Below are positions 10,724 to 21,289 of a DNA stretch of 64,000 nt, one piece after another. Under the pieces are notes generated by a model, which was not told the DNA's origin, did no database searches, and worked only from the letters and a program-made list of their open reading frames with translations. Source of the stretch: Candidatus Poseidoniales archaeon (GTDB lineage Archaea; Thermoplasmatota; Poseidoniia; Poseidoniales; Poseidoniaceae); assembly GCA_003602605.1 (NCBI GenBank), contig QQRW01000018.1, positions 286-64,285 of the forward strand, given 5' to 3'. The first letter of the stretch is position 1, and each line of letters begins with the position of its first letter. The position numbers and the translations under genes were made by a program.

Positions 10724-13700
10724 ATGAATCATTCGATGAAGTGGGCGATTGCCCTCGTCACCCTGTTTGTTTTACAGAGTGCATCACCTCTCATTCACCC
10801 CAATTCAACCCCCGTTTCGAACATGCAATCCGATGGTGGCATCGAATGGGTCCAGTTTGATTTGGTTGAAGGCGTCTACTCTGACGCAATTGGACACGAA
10901 GAGTTCACTACTCATTCAGAGTCACGCTCTGAACTTGCTGTGAGTCGAATCGGAACTTTCGATGCGAATGGACTCGAACTTCAACGTCCAGTCCCAAGCG
11001 ATTGGCTTACTCCACGATTGGATTTGAGTCTCGTTATCGTTTCAAATGAAGTTTTGCTGCTCGATGTACGCAACACCATTCAGGCAGTTCCGGGATTGGC
11101 AATTCGCGAATATATTGCACCTTCTGGACTGCTGGTTCAAGGAACTCCATTAGCGCTTTCAATGCTGAGTCAAACGGAGGGCATCGTTGCACAACATCCA
11201 GTTCCTATGGCTTTACTCGTTGAAGGTGATATTCTGGACGTTCTCCTGCTTGAAGATGGTGAGCAATCACTCGTTGGTTCCTCAATGCGGATCGAGGGTT
11301 GGCGCGATGATTCCGGACCTCTTTCCGGCATAGCGTTCACCGATGTCGAAGGCCACTCATTGGCGCAAGAAGTTGAAACATTCATTCCGTACGCATTTTC
11401 ACCCTTCCGCCAATGGGACGAAGGACGATTTCAAGGCATTCTTTCGTCAGAAAATCTTGTCGAAATTGTTGCACAACCTTCGCTGAGAATTCTACGGTTT
11501 GAACCGCTCTTCTCAGGCGACAACAATCAAGCCCGAACACACATGAAAACCTCCCAAATGACCAGTTACTTTACGACGGATTTGGATGGCTCGGGACAAA
11601 TTGTAGCTGTTGCAGATTCTGGACTCGACGAAGATCACGGTGATTTTGGAAACCGTATACTTTCCAGTAATGATGTCATCGGTGATGGTTCCACTGCGGA
11701 CAAACATTCCGGCCACGGTACTCACGTTGCTTGCACCGTCCTCGGAGACGGGACTCAAGGTGGATATTCTGGCGTTGCAACCTCTGCTGAACTTTACTTC
11801 CAGGCCATGGAAAACGACAACACCGGTAATTTCCAATCCCCATCGCTCAATTATCTTCTCAACTCTGCATACTCCGCAGGAGCTTACACGCACACGAATT
11901 CCTGGGGTTCGTCGCTTGAAAGCGACCAAGGGAAATACACTTCCGAGAGCGAAGATGTTGACGACCGTTCAAATTACTATGATCGGTATTACAACGGTCG
12001 AAATGGCCTCACAATTCTTTTTGCAGCAGGTAACGACGGCCCGAATTCCGGAACTGTAGGCGCTCCTTCCACCGCAAAGAACACCATCACAGTCGGTAAC
12101 CATCAGAACCGCTACTCCGGTGCTCCTGACTCGATTATGTCCGGTTCTTCCCGTGGCCCTACCGACGACGGGCGCATCAAGCCAGACATTATCGCTCCGG
12201 GCGGATATGTTCGTTCTTGCCGTGCGCAAGAGGCTGGAGATACTGCAGGTGCAACCTGGTCCAACACGTATTATCTCGAGTATACTGGAACCTCAATGGC
12301 CACGCCAAATGCCGCTGGTGCAGCAGTGATGGTACGTGAATATCTCGAGGAAATCGCCCAACGGCCATCGCCTCAAGGAGCGTTGGTGAAGGCATTGCTC
12401 ATCTTAGGGGCAGAAGATGTTGGAACGCGTGATATTCCGAACGACGATGAGGGCTGGGGACGACTTAACTTGCGCAACACACTTGCTCCGACTACCGGGC
12501 AAGGAATATGGGTCGATGACCGCTCAGTTCTCTCCGGAACGGGGAATTCAAAGACGTACACATTCAATATTTCACAAGGTAATTCAGGTTTCAAGACGGT
12601 GTTGGCATGGTCGGACGAACGTGGCTCGCCGTTTTCCAACACGCAGTTGGTGAATAACCTCGATATTGAAGTTACCAATCCGAGTGGTGAAGTGTTCTTT
12701 GGTAATGATTTTGCAAACGGACGCTCTACGACCAACGGAGTTTCAGATAGCATCAACAACGTCGAAGTCGTCTTGGTAGACAATGCGGAGATCGGTATTT
12801 GGACGGTCAAAGTGAAGGATGCTTTACACGGCGGAAGTCGGGCCCAACCGTTCGCATTGGCTGTCATGGGGCATGGAGTGAATGACTTACGGCCAGACCC
12901 GGTCGTTCTTGAGGATGAATTCGCAATGTCTGTGACTATTCCACAAGTTGGTGACGAATTACAAGTAACGACCAAAGTATTCAACGTCGGCAATGTTCGG
13001 TCGGGTTTCTTCGATATGGAGTTCGAGGTTGACGGCGTGACCATTGACTCCAAGTCGATTGATCTTGGTGCCGGCTCCACCAAAACTCAGGTGTGGTCAT
13101 GGACCCCACAAACTGCTGGCCAATCCACGCTATCGTTCATTATCGACACCAACGATGTCATCGAAGAGATTTTGGAAAACAACAACCGTTACGATGTGTT
13201 GGTGAACGTAACTGCCCCTGGCGTGAAACTTTCTGCTGAACCTCAAACCATCACGCTGCTCAATACCTCACTCTCAACCACCTCATGGAGTCTTGATTTG
13301 ACCAATACCGCTCTTGTATCGACCAATGCAAGCCTCCTCACTCAAACCGTGTTCAACGAAGACTCTGGCCAATCGATGCCGTGGTATGTTGGTTCAAACG
13401 AATCAAACTTTACGTTAGGCGGACAGGAATCTGCTGAGATTGTTGTTACACTGGTTCATCCAACTCCCCCGCTCCCCGGAACGTATCGCATAGATTTGCT
13501 CGGAATTGATGTTGATAATGGGGTAAATTATCCTTACATGCTCTATTTTATCGTCCCAGACCTTCCGAATCTTCGACTTGAGTACGATTACCAAATTGTT
13601 CCAGTTTCCCCTACAGAACCGACCAGTATCGACATTCGCTTATTCAACATTGGAAACGCCAACATTGGCTATGACCTGTTCCTTGAAGCTCCCGCTGGAT

Positions 13701-15253
13701 GGGACGCAGGTTTTGATACCCTTTCCAGTGTACCGGGTGCGAGTTCGGGTTCGACAGGCCTGATTACGAAGGATACTCACAGAGACATCGGGATGTCGTT
13801 TACTCCTCCACAGGTCATGACTGGAGCCGGTGCGGAACGGATGGTTCGCTTGACGGCCATTTCACAAACAGAGGTTGCGGAAAGTTGGGTCTTTGACATC
13901 CCTATCAAGGTCGATACCGTGAAAGCCATCGACATTGACCTCGAATCGAATCTTGGCGTTCTACGCCCTGATTCATCGTTCAGTATGCTGTTCGCACTGG
14001 AGCACAGGGGGAATGTTGACCTCTCGTTAACTCCTTCGTTTGAATTGCCATCTGGTTGGGCCGTGACTTCAGGAATGGAGGCTTTTGATCTCCCATGGAC
14101 CTCTTCAAAAAATCTGTTGTTTGGAATTTCAGGCGATGGGACTGGGTCCTCAGGTCAAGTAAAATTACACCTTGACAGCGGTTCAGACCGAATGACTTGG
14201 ACAGGTGAATTCAATGTTGAACTGCTTGCTCAACCAACCATCAACTTCGTACAACTTGCCTACGATGGTCAGACTTGGGACACGCCGTTTGGACCAGGCT
14301 CTCATCCCACGGGTGTACCTCTTCAATTCACGTGGCTTATCGGCAATGAGGCCAATGTTGAGTGGCAACCTACTGCGTCCGTTTCACTCTCAAGTGGATT
14401 GTTTGGCGAATGTTCAACGCTCGAAGCAATTGGGCAGGGCGACCTCAAACCAGTGACATGCACAGTCATCATTTCTTCCTCAATGGAACCTCTCTCTGAA
14501 CCGTCTTTCGTGCTCAAACTAGCTGGAGATGAAGTCGAATCGACTCAAAACATTGGCCTCTTGGTTGCTACTGTGGTCGAATCCGCATGGCAGATGGAAC
14601 GCACAACTCAACTGACTACCGGTGCCCAAGAACAGATTCAGGTGACGCTGACAAATGTAGGTAACACCGCATATTCGCATAAGATCGTTGTCGATGGTTC
14701 GAAAGATTGGAAGGCGTCAATCGACGGAAACGATGTCTTGAATTTGGAATCGGGTGAATCAACGAAGATTCGGCTGCTCGTGCGTGCTGACCGCCCAGGT
14801 GATGGCTCAATCACCCTTGCATTGCAAGGTGCTGAGCAAATGACAAACAGCTCGTTTACTTTCTCACTTTCTGCTGTCGGTGAACCAACGGGGACCTCTG
14901 GCCAATCCTTGCCCGTTGGCGCAATAGGTGTTGGTGCTCTTCTCGTGGCACTGCTCATTGTCGGACTTTTCTTATCCCGCCGGAAATCGGAATCTGATTT
15001 TACTATCGACCCTTCGTCGAAATTCACCGCCCCATTGGTGACGGTACCTCCTGTATCGGCAGTTCCGCAAACATCAGCAACTGTGCATTCACCGACATGC
15101 TGGTCATGTCGGCAAGCGATTACTGGGCCAATGCTTGGTTGCCCCGGATGTGGGGCTCGCTACCATCGAAAAGAAGTTCCATCTTGCACTTCTAATACGC
15201 TGCAACAATGTGTAAATTGTAATGCTTCAACTTCGACCTTCGTTCATGCATGA
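10724..15253 (+). CDS. subtilisin-like serine protease (peptidase S8) with CARDB-like C-terminal repeats, TM and cytoplasmic Cys-rich zinc ribbon
   Basis: GAGGAGGG RBS then ATG. Catalytic triad motifs DSGLDEDHGDF, HGTHVACTV, GTSMATPNAAGAAVMV. Downstream repeated 'NxGNxxxG' CARDB-like modules; TM (VGAIGVGALLVALLIVGLFL) followed by CWSC...CPGC...CVNC. Confidence 0.85.
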   Translation: MNHSMKWAIALVTLFVLQSASPLIHPNSTPVSNMQSDGGIEWVQFDLVEGVYSDAIGHEEFTTHSESRSELAVSRIGTFDANGLELQRPVPSDWLTPRLDLSLVIVSNEVLLLDVRNTIQAVPGLAIREYIAPSGLLVQGTPLALSMLSQTEGIVAQHPVPMALLVEGDILDVLLLEDGEQSLVGSSMRIEGWRDDSGPLSGIAFTDVEGHSLAQEVETFIPYAFSPFRQWDEGRFQGILSSENLVEIVAQPSLRILRFEPLFSGDNNQARTHMKTSQMTSYFTTDLDGSGQIVAVADSGLDEDHGDFGNRILSSNDVIGDGSTADKHSGHGTHVACTVLGDGTQGGYSGVATSAELYFQAMENDNTGNFQSPSLNYLLNSAYSAGAYTHTNSWGSSLESDQGKYTSESEDVDDRSNYYDRYYNGRNGLTILFAAGNDGPNSGTVGAPSTAKNTITVGNHQNRYSGAPDSIMSGSSRGPTDDGRIKPDIIAPGGYVRSCRAQEAGDTAGATWSNTYYLEYTGTSMATPNAAGAAVMVREYLEEIAQRPSPQGALVKALLILGAEDVGTRDIPNDDEGWGRLNLRNTLAPTTGQGIWVDDRSVLSGTGNSKTYTFNISQGNSGFKTVLAWSDERGSPFSNTQLVNNLDIEVTNPSGEVFFGNDFANGRSTTNGVSDSINNVEVVLVDNAEIGIWTVKVKDALHGGSRAQPFALAVMGHGVNDLRPDPVVLEDEFAMSVTIPQVGDELQVTTKVFNVGNVRSGFFDMEFEVDGVTIDSKSIDLGAGSTKTQVWSWTPQTAGQSTLSFIIDTNDVIEEILENNNRYDVLVNVTAPGVKLSAEPQTITLLNTSLSTTSWSLDLTNTALVSTNASLLTQTVFNEDSGQSMPWYVGSNESNFTLGGQESAEIVVTLVHPTPPLPGTYRIDLLGIDVDNGVNYPYMLYFIVPDLPNLRLEYDYQIVPVSPTEPTSIDIRLFNIGNANIGYDLFLEAPAGWDAGFDTLSSVPGASSGSTGLITKDTHRDIGMSFTPPQVMTGAGAERMVRLTAISQTEVAESWVFDIPIKVDTVKAIDIDLESNLGVLRPDSSFSMLFALEHRGNVDLSLTPSFELPSGWAVTSGMEAFDLPWTSSKNLLFGISGDGTGSSGQVKLHLDSGSDRMTWTGEFNVELLAQPTINFVQLAYDGQTWDTPFGPGSHPTGVPLQFTWLIGNEANVEWQPTASVSLSSGLFGECSTLEAIGQGDLKPVTCTVIISSSMEPLSEPSFVLKLAGDEVESTQNIGLLVATVVESAWQMERTTQLTTGAQEQIQVTLTNVGNTAYSHKIVVDGSKDWKASIDGNDVLNLESGESTKIRLLVRADRPGDGSITLALQGAEQMTNSSFTFSLSAVGEPTGTSGQSLPVGAIGVGALLVALLIVGLFLSRRKSESDFTIDPSSKFTAPLVTVPPVSAVPQTSATVHSPTCWSCRQAITGPMLGCPGCGARYHRKEVPSCTSNTLQQCVNCNASTSTFVHA

Positions 15254-15344
15254 GTTGATAACTGAGTCACATTAGTTCGAATCAAGCGTGGGTAGCCTTT
15301 TGATAGTAAGGCTTCCACCGGGGGTCATGGACCCCCGAGAAAAG

Positions 15345-18257
15345 ATGCAAAGTCACGCCTCTCGCCGTGCACTCTTCCTTACTGGACTCCTTCTGCTCTC
15401 AATGTTACCAATGGTAGCGCCTGGCGCATCTGCAGACGAGGCACGCGATGCGAGCATCACCATTCAAACCAGCCCTGCAAACAACTTGGAAGTGAATCCT
15501 GGCGAATCCGGAGAATATACCGTGCGAATCTACAACAACGGTCCTGAACCAATAACTGTTCAACTTTCTACCAGCGAAGAGGCAACTCAAGAATGTGGCC
15601 AGTATACCTCAAACATCCAACAAATCCCGGGTGTCATTGAATCAAATGATTTCGGTGAAACCACGATGAACATCACCCTTACCCAAACAGCGGAAGGCAG
15701 TTGTGACACGACAATCACTGCTCAAGCCGCTGAAGCCCCAACCCCTCCAGGTATGGCAGGGCAACCTGCTACTGAAACGAAGACCGTTACAACAACGGCA
15801 GGAGACGGCTCCGGCTCTGCCATTTTCGGTGTTGATTTGTCAATGGCTTCAGAATCTCAGCGTAGCCAACAATGGGCTGGCGAATCGGTTATGGAATTCG
15901 ATGTTGTTGTCGAGAACACTGGCCAGACCAACGAAACCATTGCTTTGTCGCTTTCTGAAGCAGACGGCAGTGGCTGTGTTGGCAATGTTGACGACCTGTC
16001 TGTCGATTTGAGTGATGATACCGTTGCGCTTGACCAAGAAGAAACACAAACGGTCACGGTTTCTGTCGAAGTTCCCGAAGGCCAAGAGGCGAGTAAATAC
16101 TGCTGGGAAATCACCGGTACTGTAACCAATGATCCTTCCCAAGAATCTTCAGATGTCGAGAACTTCGACCTCACGGTTCCCGAACTACACGAATGTTCGA
16201 TGTCGCTCTCTAAAACGAGTATGACGGTCGACCCAGGTGAAGAATCTGAATTGACAGCGACCCTTGAGAACACTGGTAACAGTGATTGGTCCGTAACCAT
16301 GGCAAAAACAGGAAGCCGGGCAGGCTGGGTTTCCTTTGATGGTTCATCCTCAGGGCTCCTGCCTTACAATAACGGCGAAGGAAGTCGAACGTTCGACCTG
16401 ATCGTCTCACCGGATGATTCAGTCACCGCTGGCGACGAATCAGTGATTCAAATTCTCGGCAAAGACGGAAACTCGGTGAAATGTTCAAAAGAACTACGTG
16501 TGATTGTCGGACAGTCGTTTGGCGCATCTCTTTCTCTTTCTACGACCAGCCTTAGCAATGTAGAGCCTGGTGCGAACGGTACAGTTTCTCTCACCGTCAC
16601 CAATCAGGGCAATGGTCTCGACAATCTACGCATATCCTCTTCTGCCCCTCCTTCAGGATGGAGTGTTCAATTGGAATCGACCACCGTTTCAGTTGGTTCA
16701 AAACATGGTTCAGATAAGAGCGAGACGGTGGATGTCGTTGTATCGCTACCTTCCTACGCTTTGGCGACTGAACAAGTCGAAATCGCGTTCTCGGTTCTCC
16801 CTGCAGGTGGCGGAGTTGCATATGCCGAGGTCACGTTGACCGTTTCGGTAAAAGCCATTCATGGTATCGAAGCGCAAGCCACAGCCCTTGACCAAACTGG
16901 GCGCTCAGGCTCTCTAGTGAAGTTCCCCGTGACCATCCAGAACACTGGCAATATCGAAGATAACTACCGTTGCATAGAACAGGACCAAACAGCTTCGCCT
17001 GAATGGGGAGTTCACTGTGAAGACAGTAATGGTAACATCATCTCACCCTCGCAAGGGATTGCTGTAGCGGCACAAAGCTCTGTCCAAGTGTTCATGGTTG
17101 TCAGTATTGACGGCGAAGAAGAACTCTCTTCGTCACGGATTACAGTTCGCATTATCAACAAGGATGATTCAACCAACTCTGGCGACCAAGACGGCGATGG
17201 ATTGCCTGACAATCAGCGTGAGTTCAAGTTCTTGGCAATCCTCTCGGACCGCGTGTTTGCAATGGATGTCCGACTCGAGGATGGGGGACTTGACCAACGT
17301 TCAGGGACCGCTGTTTTGCCACCTTCCGGGACAAAAACATACGGCTTCTGGGTCCAAAATACCGGAGACGGTAACGACAAAGCTGTGTTTGACATTTCAG
17401 GCCTTGAAGGAATTGCAACGCGAGAATTAACGCTCTATGGGCTTCCAGTTGACGGTTCAATCGACGTTCCGGTCGGCTATGGAATATGGGATCAAAACAA
17501 CAGCATGTTCTTGCTTGATTCTTCAGGTGAACCCATTATTGGCTCGACGAAAGATGCTGCTGAAACGCAGATGTGTGAACTCGGCCTGTGTGGAGGGGGC
17601 TATGATGCACGTCCATTCGAACTGTATTTTGAAATGGAATTAACCGTCAATCCAGGAGCTGAAACTGGCGACGGAGGACTGTTAGAAGTGGTTGTTATCA
17701 GTACCAAAAACGCAGCGAATCGTTCGGGTTATTTCGACATCACACTCGATGTTCAAATCCTCTATGATTTCCAATTTAATCTTGAGAATACACCTACTGA
17801 AAGGGACCTCATCTACCCCGACAAAGAAGTTATTCTCGTTAATTTAACCAATACTGGAAACATTCGTGGCGATGTTCTCATTTTTACCTCGGAGAGTTTC
17901 CGTGGTTGGTCTGTTGATCTAAGAGAACCTGATGGCCAGAACTACTGTGAATCAGATGTGAAGGAATTCATATGCGATCTGGAAGTAGGTCAAACCATCG
18001 TCATCAAGCTTGTTGTTCGGCCTCCGAGCGGTGCAGAACAGGCAAACACCCTCAAATTCACGCTTTCTGCTCAACCGGATGAAACCGGTGTTGTAGACCG
18101 AGAAAATGTCGAGTTCACCGTCAGCGGAGATGTGCAATCTGGTTGGTTGAGCCTTGGCATGGAAAGCGAGGAAGCGATGACATACGGGCTTGGTTTGGTT
18201 ATGTTTGTCCTGGCAGTTTTCGTTCTCAGGTCATTCATTGGTGGTTCAAGGCCTTGA
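15345..18257 (+). CDS. large secreted protein with multiple CARDB-like (NxGN) repeats and C-terminal TM anchor
   Basis: Signal peptide (RRALFLTGLLLLSMLPMVAPGASA). At least 7 repeats of the V/L-x-N-T-G-N type. C-terminal hydrophobic helix (GLGLVMFVLAVFVL) plus basic tail. Confidence 0.65.
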   Translation: MQSHASRRALFLTGLLLLSMLPMVAPGASADEARDASITIQTSPANNLEVNPGESGEYTVRIYNNGPEPITVQLSTSEEATQECGQYTSNIQQIPGVIESNDFGETTMNITLTQTAEGSCDTTITAQAAEAPTPPGMAGQPATETKTVTTTAGDGSGSAIFGVDLSMASESQRSQQWAGESVMEFDVVVENTGQTNETIALSLSEADGSGCVGNVDDLSVDLSDDTVALDQEETQTVTVSVEVPEGQEASKYCWEITGTVTNDPSQESSDVENFDLTVPELHECSMSLSKTSMTVDPGEESELTATLENTGNSDWSVTMAKTGSRAGWVSFDGSSSGLLPYNNGEGSRTFDLIVSPDDSVTAGDESVIQILGKDGNSVKCSKELRVIVGQSFGASLSLSTTSLSNVEPGANGTVSLTVTNQGNGLDNLRISSSAPPSGWSVQLESTTVSVGSKHGSDKSETVDVVVSLPSYALATEQVEIAFSVLPAGGGVAYAEVTLTVSVKAIHGIEAQATALDQTGRSGSLVKFPVTIQNTGNIEDNYRCIEQDQTASPEWGVHCEDSNGNIISPSQGIAVAAQSSVQVFMVVSIDGEEELSSSRITVRIINKDDSTNSGDQDGDGLPDNQREFKFLAILSDRVFAMDVRLEDGGLDQRSGTAVLPPSGTKTYGFWVQNTGDGNDKAVFDISGLEGIATRELTLYGLPVDGSIDVPVGYGIWDQNNSMFLLDSSGEPIIGSTKDAAETQMCELGLCGGGYDARPFELYFEMELTVNPGAETGDGGLLEVVVISTKNAANRSGYFDITLDVQILYDFQFNLENTPTERDLIYPDKEVILVNLTNTGNIRGDVLIFTSESFRGWSVDLREPDGQNYCESDVKEFICDLEVGQTIVIKLVVRPPSGAEQANTLKFTLSAQPDETGVVDRENVEFTVSGDVQSGWLSLGMESEEAMTYGLGLVMFVLAVFVLRSFIGGSRP

Positions 18258-18385
18258 AGTTCTCTTCACTGCCATGCAGTGTAGTGGTTTCAAGAATGCT
18301 AGACGCTCACTTTTCCTCGTGATGTTTTGGGAATACTTATGTGAGTCCCTCAAGTCGCAAAGAATGCGGAGCGTATGCTTTGCAT

Positions 18386-18871
18386 ATGGGTGAAAATATG
18401 TCCGGACTCGAATCGGTTCCAAGTGCGTACCTCTCTATTGGTTTCTTGACGGTTCTCGGAATCATCATGCCGCTTACCAATTTCCTCATCACTTGGGTTG
18501 TTCGCCCACGTGTAGATCCTGCTCGACCTCACATTACACGGTCGTATCTTTTGGAGGGCTATGAGCGTGACCACAGCCTCTATCCTCGACGTTTGACGAC
18601 TTTTGAGTGCGGCAGTGAACCGGTTGGTGACGCAATGATCCAATTCCACTTCCAATACTACTGGTACGCTATCATTTTCCTCGTGTTCGATGTCGCATTC
18701 ATGTTCCTCGTTCTTGGTGGAATGGTTGCATCTGATGCAACAACTGCGGACGCTCCTGAAAGCGCAGTGGCTGAAGCAAAGAGCGCATTGATGCTTCTAG
18801 CCCTTTTCTTCGCCATCATGTCACTTGGCGTTTGGTACGTGTTCCGTAAGCGAGGTCGCATTTACATTTGA
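18386..18871 (+). CDS. nuoA: NADH-quinone oxidoreductase subunit A
   Basis: Three TM helices and conserved 'FECGSEP' motif. Start uncertain (ORF begins 18341; Met at 18386/18398 more plausible for NuoA length). Confidence 0.75.
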   Translation: MGENMSGLESVPSAYLSIGFLTVLGIIMPLTNFLITWVVRPRVDPARPHITRSYLLEGYERDHSLYPRRLTTFECGSEPVGDAMIQFHFQYYWYAIIFLVFDVAFMFLVLGGMVASDATTADAPESAVAEAKSALMLLALFFAIMSLGVWYVFRKRGRIYI

Positions 18872-18881
18872 GGTGGATATC

Positions 18882-19475
18882 ATGGCAGAAGCAGGAGAAA
18901 ATTTCGCAGCATTCAACAGTCGCGCATTGGTCGAGATGGTCGGCGGTGTGACCGACGAAGCTCTCAAAGCAACACGAATTAAGAAATTCCTTGGCGTTCT
19001 TGCAGGCCGGTACTTCAACTGGGCTGGGCGTAAATCACTGTTTACGCTTCACTTGGGTATCAAGTGTTGCGCTATCGAGATGGCAGCTGCAGCGACCCCT
19101 CGGTTCGATGGAGACCGGTTTGGTGTCCTGTTCCGTTCATCCCCTCGACAATCCGATGTTCTCCTTATCAACGGACCCATCACCAAGAAATTCGCCGACA
19201 AGGTTGTCCGTCTATGGGAGCAGATGCCGGAGCCAAAGTACTGCATTGCCATGGGTGAATGCGCAATTTCTGGCGGACCTTACTTCCAATCTTACAATAT
19301 TCTCGAAGGCGTCGATACGGTTATTCCAGTCGATGTCTATATTCCTGGTTGCCCTCCACGCCCTGAAGCATTGATTGACGGATTTGGACTGCTCCGTGAA
19401 AAAATCATTCGAATTGGTGGGGCTCCTAGCGTTCAAAGAGTCAGCGAAAAGCCAGTCATTGTGGGAGAGGACTGA
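18882..19475 (+). CDS. nuoB: NADH-quinone oxidoreductase subunit B (20 kDa, N2 cluster)
   Basis: GAGGTGG RBS then ATG at 18882; 'GIKCCAIEM', 'GECAISGGP', 'IPGCPPRPEAL' cluster-N2 cysteine motifs. Confidence 0.9.
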   Translation: MAEAGENFAAFNSRALVEMVGGVTDEALKATRIKKFLGVLAGRYFNWAGRKSLFTLHLGIKCCAIEMAAAATPRFDGDRFGVLFRSSPRQSDVLLINGPITKKFADKVVRLWEQMPEPKYCIAMGECAISGGPYFQSYNILEGVDTVIPVDVYIPGCPPRPEALIDGFGLLREKIIRIGGAPSVQRVSEKPVIVGED

Positions 19476-19476
19476 G

Positions 19477-20130
19477 ATGGTAGGTTCAATTTCCGCAGAA
19501 CAGAACTCATCTGCTGCTGCTTCCTGCCTCGCAGCAATCAACGAACGGTTTGGAGGAAGCGGCATCGTCGCATCCGTCGAAAACCATTCAAACGCAAAGA
19601 AATATGCATTTGTTCGAGCAGTATGCCCTCCTCAACACTGGTTGGCTTTTGCGAAATGGATGAAGTTCGATCTTGGCGTCAATTACTGTTCAATGGTTAC
19701 AGGAACTCATTTTCCCGATGGCCCTGATGAACGTGGATGGGAAGTTGCGTACCATTTCTTGCGACAACCGATCCAAGACCAAACTCCAAACACGTGCACA
19801 GTTCACGATGTGGACTCACTTTCGGGAATGGATATTCCAATGGAATTTGAAGTATTCATCCCACTTCCTCAGGGCGATTCTCCCTCTGTCCCCTCCATAC
19901 AAAGCATCTGGGTCGGAGCCGATTGGAATGAAAAGGAAACTTGGGACTTGGTCGGTATCAAGTTCGAAGGTCACGAAAACATGCACCGAGTCCTCAACCC
20001 GAACGACAGTCCAGAGGGATTCCATCCTCTTCAGAAGCAACATAAGTTGCGCTATCACGATCACAACGAAATGTACGATGACCCGCAGGGATTCATGCGT
20101 AAGCCAGCGGACGAGGGCCGCGTTAAGTGA
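19477..20130 (+). CDS. nuoC: NADH-quinone oxidoreductase subunit C (30 kDa)
   Basis: Position between nuoB and nuoD, stop/start abutting (TGA 19473-75, ATG 19477); NuoC-like size and 'ETWDLVGIKFEGHEN' motif. Confidence 0.8.
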   Translation: MVGSISAEQNSSAAASCLAAINERFGGSGIVASVENHSNAKKYAFVRAVCPPQHWLAFAKWMKFDLGVNYCSMVTGTHFPDGPDERGWEVAYHFLRQPIQDQTPNTCTVHDVDSLSGMDIPMEFEVFIPLPQGDSPSVPSIQSIWVGADWNEKETWDLVGIKFEGHENMHRVLNPNDSPEGFHPLQKQHKLRYHDHNEMYDDPQGFMRKPADEGRVK

Positions 20131-20142
20131 GGTATTATTATG
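20126..20142 (+). promoter_or_regulatory. conserved RBS/spacer element 'GAGGT(G)A(A)TTATTATG' repeated ahead of nuoD, nuoH and nuoI
   Basis: Almost identical 15-17-nt strings at 20126 (gaggtattattatg), 21276 (gaggtgattattatg) and 22795 (gaggtgaattattatg). Confidence 0.5.
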
Positions 20143-21279
20143 GCACAAATGTGGATTACAATGGGACCCCAGCATCCAATGACTCACGGGCTGTGGACAC
20201 TTCGCGTCAAGGTTGACGGTGAGACTGTCGTTGATACTGAAGCCGAACTTGGGTACATACATCGTGGTGTAGAGAAGATTTGCGAAGCACGCGACTTCAC
20301 TCAAGTTACACCGTACTGCGATCGACTTTGTTACGTCAGCGCTATGACCTGGGCTAATTCCTATATTTATGCAGCTGAAGACCTTCTGGAAGCAGATGTC
20401 CCGGCTCGTGCAGAATACATTCGCCTTATTTCAGCAGAATTGCAACGTCTTGCATCTCACCTGATGTGGCTTGGAGCATTCGGTCCTGACATCGGAAACC
20501 TCACGCTCATGACATGGTGCATGCGTGACAGAGAAATGTTCCTTGACCTTCTCCAAGAACTTGGAGGCTCCAGAATGCACTACAATTATCCGCGTATTGG
20601 TGGAGTAAAGCGCGACATGCCAATCGGGTTTGCTGACCGCGTTATCGCGAAGACGAAATTGTTTGAAAAGCGTCTCGACGAATACGAAATGATGCTTGAC
20701 GAATCCACCATTTGGCTCGTTCGATTGCAAGGTGTGGGTTATGCCAACGCTGAATCCATGGTCGATGCAGGCGTCTCAGGTCCAAACGTCCGAGCAGCTG
20801 GTGTAAACTACGACGTTCGCTGGGCTCACCCATACTCCGTCTACGACGAAATCGATTGGGAGCCTGCAGTAGAGAAGCCAACCTCGGTCAAAGGAGCAGA
20901 TTGTTACGACCGTTACCGTGTCCGAATGGAAGAAATGCGTCAATCCTGCCGAATGGTTTTGGATGCTCTCAATAAGATTCCAGGTGGAAAGAACACCAAT
21001 TACGCCAACGGCGATGAGATGATCTACACGAAGGCTCCAACTCGCGCACCTGAAGGTGCTACAGGTTTCAGCAACTACGAGTGTACCCGTGGCGCATCGC
21101 AGTTCTACATCCAAGGCGGTGGCGAAGGGCGTGGAAAGAATCCGTACCGTGTATCGATTCGTTCACCGATGTTCATCACTATTCCTTACGTCGCAAAGAC
21201 GATGATTGGTTACAAGATTGCTGATATTCCAGCAATTATGGGCAGTTTCGACCCGTGCATCGGAGAAACTGACCGCTGA
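20140..21279 (+). CDS. nuoD: NADH-quinone oxidoreductase subunit D (49 kDa)
   Basis: 'MWITMGPQHPMTHG', 'RLCYVSAMTW', 'RIGG' motifs of NuoD / [NiFe]-hydrogenase large-subunit-like family; conserved RBS GAGGTATTATTATG. Confidence 0.9.
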   Translation: MAQMWITMGPQHPMTHGLWTLRVKVDGETVVDTEAELGYIHRGVEKICEARDFTQVTPYCDRLCYVSAMTWANSYIYAAEDLLEADVPARAEYIRLISAELQRLASHLMWLGAFGPDIGNLTLMTWCMRDREMFLDLLQELGGSRMHYNYPRIGGVKRDMPIGFADRVIAKTKLFEKRLDEYEMMLDESTIWLVRLQGVGYANAESMVDAGVSGPNVRAAGVNYDVRWAHPYSVYDEIDWEPAVEKPTSVKGADCYDRYRVRMEEMRQSCRMVLDALNKIPGGKNTNYANGDEMIYTKAPTRAPEGATGFSNYECTRGASQFYIQGGGEGRGKNPYRVSIRSPMFITIPYVAKTMIGYKIADIPAIMGSFDPCIGETDR

Positions 21280-21289
21280 GGTGATTATT

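Noticed and set aside
12373-13083. 236-aa minus-strand ORF inside the subtilase gene, and many similar 60-150-aa antisense ORFs inside nuo and the giant surface genes
   Set aside because: They lie wholly within well-supported long CDSs on the opposite strand, with no RBS or motif. They are typical spurious ORFs.
18341-18385. Upstream extension of nuoA (ORF start at 18341 giving a 176-aa protein)
   Set aside because: NuoA is normally about 120-140 aa and the extension is hydrophilic and unconserved-looking. A downstream Met was preferred, though the exact start is uncertain.
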